Source of the DNA: Schizochytrium sp. TIO01
Taxonomy: Eukaryota; Protista; Bigyra: Labyrinthulomycetes
Length of the DNA stretch: 64,000 nucleotides
Assembly: GCA_004764695.1 (NCBI GenBank)
Contig: SMSO01000025.1
Location: 1,674,001-1,738,000, forward strand
Reading direction: 5' to 3'
Shown: piece after piece, positions 57,301-64,000 of the stretch
Layout: each line of letters opens with the position of its first letter
Position numbering within the stretch: position 1 is the stretch's first letter
Notes under the pieces: model-generated
What the model was told of the DNA's origin: nothing
Seen by the model: only the letters and a program-made list of their open reading frames with translations
Databases searched by the model: none
Translations under genes and position numbers: made by a program

Positions 57301-58338
57301 ATGCAGGCGCCCATGGACGGCTTTAACATGCTCCAGGCAGGAGCTATGATGCAAATGCCTGGACCCGCACCGCAGGATATGCGACCAAGCATTATGGAGA
57401 TGGTGAGCCAGGCTATTGCGACCATGGGAAGTCGCAAGGGATCCTCGCTTCAGGCCATCAAGAAGTTCCTCACAGAACGCTATGGCATCGACTTCTCAAG
57501 TAACCCTGACGAAAAGAACCGCGTAAGCAAGGCTGTCAAGCTCGGCGTGAGCCGCGGCGTCTTTATCCAGGAGAAAAACTCATACCGACTTGCAACTGCC
57601 CAGATGGACGGCATGGCCATGCGTCAAGCACCGCACCACATGGGATACCCTGGACACCATGCTCCTCCTCAGATGCACCCGCACCACCAGCAACCGCATC
57701 CTGGACACCCCCACCACCAGCAACACCCTGGACACCCTGGACACCCAGGACAGCAGCCCCATTTCGCAGGCGGACTTCAACAGTTCGCCCCTATGAGCTA
57801 CCCTGGAATGCAGACGCAGTACATGAACCCGCAGTTCTTTCCTCCACCTCCGGGTCATATGCAGGCCATGCCGCCGCTGATGGGAGAGCCGCTGAAGAAG
57901 AAGAAAAAGAAGAAGAAGAAGGACGGCGTCCCCAAGCGTCGCGGAGCAGGAGGTTTGAGCAAACCCATGCTTTTGTCTGATGATCTTGCTCAGGTTTGTG
58001 GTGGTCACTCAATGGGCCGCACCGACGTTGTGAAGAACCTGTGGACTTATATTAAGCAGAATAACCTTCAGGACCCTTCTAACAAGAAGATGATCATGTG
58101 CGATGAAAGGCTTCGTCGCGTCTTCAACAATCAGGATCGTGTGGATATGTTTACCATGACAAAGATGATTTCAGACCACCTTACAAAACCAGACAACCAG
58201 GAAGAGCTTCAAGCACAAATGGCTGCCCAACAGCAACCGCCCCAGGGATTTTATGCTGACCAACAATATGACGATGCTAACGATGCCGATGAGGAAGACA
58301 AGGCACACCAGGCTCAGCAAGAGCAGTGGTCCTGCTAA
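57301..58338 (+). CDS. Linker histone H1/H5 globular domain + SWIB/MDM2 domain protein
   Basis: GH1: PSIMEMVSQAI..RKGSSLQAIKKFL..AVKLGVSRGVFIQEKNSYRL. P/H/Q/M-rich linker and K9 tract. SWIB: LSDDLA..RTDVVKNLWTYIKQNNLQDP.NKKMIMCDERLRRVF..VDMFTMTKMISDHL. Confidence 0.92.
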   Translation: MQAPMDGFNMLQAGAMMQMPGPAPQDMRPSIMEMVSQAIATMGSRKGSSLQAIKKFLTERYGIDFSSNPDEKNRVSKAVKLGVSRGVFIQEKNSYRLATAQMDGMAMRQAPHHMGYPGHHAPPQMHPHHQQPHPGHPHHQQHPGHPGHPGQQPHFAGGLQQFAPMSYPGMQTQYMNPQFFPPPPGHMQAMPPLMGEPLKKKKKKKKKDGVPKRRGAGGLSKPMLLSDDLAQVCGGHSMGRTDVVKNLWTYIKQNNLQDPSNKKMIMCDERLRRVFNNQDRVDMFTMTKMISDHLTKPDNQEELQAQMAAQQQPPQGFYADQQYDDANDADEEDKAHQAQQEQWSC

Positions 58339-59625
58339 AATTTTGGAATATTATTCCCACATTTAGCATACCACACCTGTTGTGATAATGTTTGTCTAAC
58401 CAGTACCCTTTGCCTCTGGACCCACCTTTCTTTGACATCTTTCGTTTTATCGTTCCCGTACCCATAACAACCCAAAACATACATACCTAGCTCCAAATAA
58501 AGCCTACCAAGATACTCGCTCAGCCTTGCATACATTTTTTTTTACATTCAACCCCAAATTTAACAACAGCAACAACAAAAAAAAGATTCATCAACGACAA
58601 CCAACTCCCATCCTCACTCATGCAATCCGAATTGTAAAAGTTAGTTCATCCCCTTGCCATCCCACTTGTTTCCCATTCCGAATTCATGCTTATATTAGGC
58701 GCCTTAGCAAGATAGTCAAGTAGGTAGTCCTATCAACTACCGACATCTTCCTCTGGGCTCTCTTTGATTAGCGTTGTTTTTAGATTATTTTAGTTATTTG
58801 AAATTTAAGAAAAAAAAATCCTCTCGATGGTTTCTGGGACCAAATTGAAAATACTGCACGGAATTGTTGAACTTGGTGGAGCTCTGTTCCAGAACCCTGG
58901 CCAGTTCTTAAAGTCGCAAATTCGTAAGAACCTCGTAGCCTTGTTTCTATTGAATTGGTGAACTCCATGATTCGTTTCTCTTTACGCAGCCAGGTTCGCG
59001 CAATCAGGAGTTTTCTTCTTTATTTTATCAGCCATGATGGTGCTGAGATCTAATTATGCAGCACTCAATCGCTTTTCAACCTCAGACCTCCCTTTATTGC
59101 ATTTTTAGTTAGTCCAAAATGCTTTTAAAAAAAAATAAAAGAATATGCGATGCGCTCTTCTCATCTTGAAATTAGTTGCACCTTCCTAAAATGGTTTTTC
59201 ACAAAACAAAAAAAAATAGCTTCGAAGGCCAGGGGCAGCCAATATCTAAGTGCTCCTTATGACAATCGGAACTGAAAGAACCACAAAAGTCAAGCTCTAT
59301 CGATGCAAGTAGTGTCCACCACTATAGCCAGCCAGCCAGCCAGCTGTATCTTGTACAGCTAGATCATTACAAACTGCTCCTCGAATATTGATAACGAGAC
59401 TCTTCAATACACTCGATACACTGTGACGAAGTCAGGTTCCAGCAGCCTCGCACACAGTCTGCTTTTGGCTCTCCCATAAATCTTCGTATGTCGCGTTCCT
59501 TTCTTTCTATCCTCTGCAGTGGTTGGCGATTCATGCCTCTCCTTCCTTGTCGGTGCGGTATTAACTCCTTGAATACTTGAACGACTTTCAACATAGATCA
59601 AGTTTATTGAGCTCTCACTGTTAAA

Positions 59626-59651
59626 TAAGTTGTGGGCATGCCCACAACTTA
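59626..59651. repeat. Perfect 26-bp non-microsatellite palindrome
   Basis: taagttgtgggca|tgcccacaactta. Confidence 0.95.
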
Positions 59652-61604
59652 AAGTAAGTTATCTCACTTGTGCGATAACCAACTCCTCTGAAATCTATTT
59701 TGGCGTGGTAAGGGAAATTAAAAATGGGGGGTGCTGAAAACCAATAACAGATTTCGAGAGCATATGATAAAGGTGAAGCATTGGGCACGCATGTTCGTTT
59801 GATGAACTGAGAATAAGCGCAATCCTGAGAGACTTACTGAGGAAAGAATATGGAAGGGGGTAGTATGGACGTATTGAATACCCCGTACCGATAATAGTAA
59901 AATTAAATATACGACGCAGAGTATTCTACTATTAGTACTTAATTGTACCTGTTCCATTCCGAAATCAACAATTCACAGTGAATTTTATAGCACAAATATA
60001 ACTTGCAAACTACACCCGTTTAGTGTTTCTGTAATATTGGTGGTCAACCGAGACAATACTGCTATGGTTTGGGTTAGTAAGTTGTATAGGGCCCGTTTGG
60101 GGCTTTGAGTCTACCACAGGCAGCTTTGTAAGAAGGTTGCAGGGTGGAAACCTTTGTGTAAGGCCGCGCCTAAAATAATATTTCAGGTATGTCTATGCAG
60201 TAACTGGGGAAAGATTGCAAAGCTTTGACGATAAACCAAATCTAACCTACCAGAAAGTAATGTCTTAATTATAATACCATCTGTATGTTTGATGAACAAT
60301 TCTGAAGATGCACTGACTCATAAAGGTGTATTTCTGTAGGCCCTATTTTAATCTTACTTTATGATTCGAAAGAGGGAAAGAGAGAATGATATTTATCTGT
60401 GTTGTGTTTTAGATAAAGTAAGACAGTTACTCCGCCATGGTCTTTAGGTTTTGGATGCATATACCCCTCGGAGATGTTTTAAAGGTGCAAACAGAAGTAT
60501 CCAAAATAAGCGAAGTATTTGCAACAACCTCCTTTTCTTGGTATTACATTCTCAGCTTCTATTTTACAATATGCTGAGGGCACTGATCCAAGGGTCTCAC
60601 GGAAGTCCTTCACTGGGGCCCTTGATGCATCTCTGACCTCTGTAAGTCTTAAGGAAACACGGTTTATTCACAATTGTAAGGACTTCAAGATTACAAGATA
60701 ACACTTACCTCAAATAGAATGTGAATAGGAAAACCATATCGAATGTTCAAAGAGACAAAAAGTAACCCAGAATTTTAGTACTGTGCGATATGGAGCACGT
60801 ATCATAGTATTTTGAATAAATTAGAAACGTTTCACCTTTGGATGCATTTACCAGACCTGTACGCATACTTCAAAAAACTAACTTTACAAAGCCTTAGCAA
60901 CTATGCTACAAGTCTTCAAAATCTTTGTATGGAGTCGCTTGCTATCTCAAACCAATCAACTGGCAACTTTCAGCACAACATGCAAAGTGTTTGGGGATAG
61001 TGTTACATTGACTCCAAGTGTATTTCCAAAAAGACATTATTACCATGCTTCGTATGGTGGCAAATGCTGCTAGAATAGCTTGCCACTCTGCGTTCCACTT
61101 ACAACAAAGTTAAACCTAACGTCTGTGTCTCGTCGACTGAATTTTGCATTTTTATATGTTCACCCAAGCACAATTTTAAAATCGTATATTCTCGCCAAAG
61201 TTTGCTAAATGGCCCAGAGCAAGACAAATAGCAAACGAACCTTTACCTCAGCACTCCGGGATAATCAAGCAGTGCTTCGCAAAAGGGTTGTGGACTATCT
61301 AGGAGCCGCCATCGAGAAATTGACCAGGTCTTAGGAAGCAGGTACTGCCAAGGCTATTACGAAAATAGACAGATTCCTCTCTTGCTTTGGAAAAAGTAGA
61401 AAACACTTTAAATTCTGCCTACCTTGAAAAAAAGACCTATACTTCTAGGGTTATCCATAAGGCTTCGCACTAATATCTCCTTCAGACCGAAGATATTTTT
61501 AAATAGCCATCCGCGTACGAATATGAGTAATAATTGTGGGGCTCTCTCCGACGTGGCTTCATAACTTTCAATCTTATATAAGTTCGTGCTCAAGGCGATC
61601 AGAG

Positions 61605-64000
61605 ATGGCGGCTCAACGCTCGAGCCGCCCTCGTGCGGTGCTTTCGGTGCTTCTGGTGTTGCTGCTAGCCTCTGTTCTCCCTGGAGGAAGTCTTGGATCT
61701 GTGCTCAGGCAAAATTTGGCCTCAGTAGATGGCGCTATTGCTGGAGACGGTGTCGGTGGCGGCTTAAACGGCAACGTGGAAGGAGATGAACGGCGAGCTC
61801 GAATCCTTACCGACGCGAACGGCGCGCGGCGACTGGAAGTTCCACTTGACAGACGCATGCGAAGCGATGACAGAAGGGCGCTGCGGCAACTAGACAGCTC
61901 ACAAAAGTTCAAAGAACTCGCCCAGATTTCACGCGAACCTGACGGCGTGTACTGGTCATGGCTTCACATTGGCCCCAATGCCGAGGATATATTTAGCGTC
62001 ATTGTAGACACTGGATCAAGCACAATCGCAGTGCCCTGTAAAGACTGCTCTTGTGGTGATCACCGGCACTTTGATCCGAGTTCGTCGGATGGCTCGGAGA
62101 TCCTCACATCCAAGTATTCCCAGTGCTATAGCGAGGGGTCATGCAATAGTGGTAACAACGTAAGGGCACCTATGTGTCTAGGCAAATCATGTGACATTGA
62201 ATCAGAGGGAATCAAACATGTTTTTGGATGCTGTTCAACCTATGCAAATCCTTTCAAAAGACAATTTGCGGACGGTATTATTGGAATGATGGGTGGCAAC
62301 GATGGAACTTTGATTGCAGCACTTCGTCAAACACATAGGCTTGAGACGGATCTCTTTTCCATGTGCCTTGCCAGTCGCACGGGTGTACTTGGAGTGGGTG
62401 GATTTGACGAAACTCGTCACCTTGAGCCCATTCAATGGACCCCACTCACCATCAATCAGTTTTACCGTGTCACAATAGAAAACGTCATGATGAATGGGCA
62501 ACCTGTGCAGTTCAGTCAACCACTGAGCAGACCAATTGTCGACAGTGGTACTACCTTCACCTATGTGGAACCTCATGTAGCTGATGCTCTAAAGAAAGCA
62601 TTTCAGGAGTTTTGCAACCAAGAAGGCAATTGCCCTGGAACGGCAAACCCTGCAACTGCGCATTCTGAAGATATTCGGGACTCAATCATGTGCTATGCTC
62701 CGCCATCTGACGTGGACTATTCTCAAGACTTGGATCCGTGGCTGGAGAAGTTTCCTTCACTTGAGCTTGAATTCGAAGCTTACGAAGGTGTTAAAGCACG
62801 CATTTGCATCCCCCCTGGTGCTTATTTTTTTCGCTCAAACCAAGCCTATTGTGTTGGCATTTTGCGAGACTCTCGTAGTTCTTTTGTTCTTGGTGCCCTT
62901 ACCATGGGTGGCTTTGACTATGTTTTTGACCACGGAAACAACCGCTTGGGTATCGCACGATCCATATGTGATAAAACACGTGACAATGAACCTGGTACTC
63001 GCACATCGACAGCTGAATGCTGTGGTTCGTGTGCAGTAGCACAGAAGAACGGCTTTCGTGCTGGAGCTTCCAAGACGTCGAGCCCTACACTATTTCCCTC
63101 ATCATCCCCGACCAAGGCAACTCCTGCGCCAACCGTTGTATCCGTGACCCCAAAGAAAAGTAAAACAGATGATGGCATGTTCTTCATCTCATCTGACGAA
63201 GCGCGGTTTGGCAATAAAACAGTTCTTATTCCAGTCTCTGATTCTGAGTGGAGTGTCAGCGACTACACTTTCTCCCCTGATGAGGTTCTTTTGATCAAAC
63301 ACTCTGCAAACATTTGTGAGCAAGATTCAGATGATGACGATGGTTGGGTTTTTGCACGCGAATCCTTGATTGTAATTGAGGGCCATGACACAAGCGTCAC
63401 TGTAGGTGCTAGTTGTGCACTTCCGAACGTACGCGTAGCTAGTGGGGCTACTTTGAAGACTAAACCTGGTCCCGCCGGTTCTATTGACAAGGATGAAATT
63501 GATGAGACTCCAAGCTTTCACATTCGCATCGATGGTGTTCTCGATATGCAAGAAGGCCACATGATTATTAGTTCAGCTTCAACGCTCTACTTTTCATCTT
63601 CGTCTGCTGGAATCCAGACTCTACCTACCTCTCGAATCACAATGGAAACCCAGTCTGGCATGCAATGCATCAACCTTTCTCACGATCGTCGCGTTTCAAT
63701 TTCTCATGGCATGTTTGAAGTAAATGCTGGCTCAATTGTTGGGTGCTACACATCGATCGGTGACACTGCCATGATGGTAGTAGGTCCTGACCCAGAGATG
63801 GTTATTGACACTCCCGCAGTGTTCCTGGGCAAGCTTGAAATTGCAGGTACAATTGAATTTTTGGTACGCCGCCAGCCTTTTCGTGCCTTCTCACTTTTGG
63901 TGAAGAATACAATTTCTTATGCTCTTATGCACTTCAAGCCAAAGCTGCGAATTACTGAAGCTGATGAAGGTGATTCTCCCAACATGCTGTTTCGAGATGT
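61605..64000 (+). CDS. Secreted pepsin-family (A1) aspartic protease, plasmepsin V/ASP5-like, with long C-terminal extension; truncated by the window end
   Basis: Own translation, as the ORF track omits it (no stop in the window): signal peptide, VIVDTGS (62001-62021), PCKDCSCGDH, QCYSEGS flap, FGC, DGIIG, FSMCL, IVDSGTTFTY (~62535-62564) and VLGA..FD..NNRLG..C. The frame is open to 64000. Confidence 0.92.
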   Translation, partial: MAAQRSSRPRAVLSVLLVLLLASVLPGGSLGSVLRQNLASVDGAIAGDGVGGGLNGNVEGDERRARILTDANGARRLEVPLDRRMRSDDRRALRQLDSSQKFKELAQISREPDGVYWSWLHIGPNAEDIFSVIVDTGSSTIAVPCKDCSCGDHRHFDPSSSDGSEILTSKYSQCYSEGSCNSGNNVRAPMCLGKSCDIESEGIKHVFGCCSTYANPFKRQFADGIIGMMGGNDGTLIAALRQTHRLETDLFSMCLASRTGVLGVGGFDETRHLEPIQWTPLTINQFYRVTIENVMMNGQPVQFSQPLSRPIVDSGTTFTYVEPHVADALKKAFQEFCNQEGNCPGTANPATAHSEDIRDSIMCYAPPSDVDYSQDLDPWLEKFPSLELEFEAYEGVKARICIPPGAYFFRSNQAYCVGILRDSRSSFVLGALTMGGFDYVFDHGNNRLGIARSICDKTRDNEPGTRTSTAECCGSCAVAQKNGFRAGASKTSSPTLFPSSSPTKATPAPTVVSVTPKKSKTDDGMFFISSDEARFGNKTVLIPVSDSEWSVSDYTFSPDEVLLIKHSANICEQDSDDDDGWVFARESLIVIEGHDTSVTVGASCALPNVRVASGATLKTKPGPAGSIDKDEIDETPSFHIRIDGVLDMQEGHMIISSASTLYFSSSSAGIQTLPTSRITMETQSGMQCINLSHDRRVSISHGMFEVNAGSIVGCYTSIGDTAMMVVGPDPEMVIDTPAVFLGKLEIAGTIEFLVRRQPFRAFSLLVKNTISYALMHFKPKLRITEADEGDSPNMLFRD

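Noticed and set aside
10262-58338. HELLS, ING-Tudor and H1-SWIB as a functional chromatin gene cluster
   Set aside because: They are spread over 48 kb among unrelated genes; no evidence beyond chance without synteny data.
59634-59643. p53 half-site GGGCATGCCC at the palindrome centre
   Set aside because: Single decamer only, and the p53 family is not expected in this lineage.
60589-60624. 11-bp hairpin with G-U pairs; also a 10-bp AT-rich hairpin at 38846-38870
   Set aside because: Stems of this length with wobble pairs or AT bias are expected by chance in 64 kb.
1-64000. CRISPR arrays, tRNA, rRNA, spliceosomal snRNAs, telomeric arrays
   Set aside because: No repeat-spacer periodicity or recognisable conserved RNA motifs found by eye; a covariance-model scan would be needed to exclude divergent ncRNAs.

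Overview
Eukaryotic, intron-poor, gene-dense nuclear DNA of moderate GC with microsatellite-rich UTRs and introns. Gene content (TTLL9, Sfi1-type centrin-binding repeats, an IMP1/IMP2-like domain, a plasmepsin V/ASP5-like protease, a Crinkler-type kinase) points to a flagellated stramenopile, most plausibly a thraustochytrid/labyrinthulomycete; this is inference. There are about 14 protein genes, in order: a giant Sfi1-repeat protein split over three reading frames, HELLS/DDM1-type SNF2 ATPase, a frameshifted REase-like/kinase gene, inositol 5-phosphatase with two SH3 domains, GPAT/DHAPAT, a myristoylated repeat protein, TTLL9, ABHD-type hydrolase, mitochondrial carrier, a spliced ING-N/SGF29-Tudor protein, a PH-TPR-coiled coil-IMP protein, a truncated FAD oxidoreductase-like protein, a linker-histone/SWIB fusion and an A1 aspartic protease that runs off the right end and is missing from the ORF track. 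The 13-18 kb region is an accessory patch holding the kinase, a captured ~96%-identical copy of part of the 5-phosphatase gene and a probable decayed LINE. The strongest novelty candidates are the quantised 29/36/40-aa repeat register of the Sfi1-like giant, two chromatin-reader domain swaps, PEXEL/RxLR motifs in the protease's own prodomain, the IMP-domain fusion and a 26-bp perfect palindrome. No tRNA, rRNA or CRISPR array was recognised.
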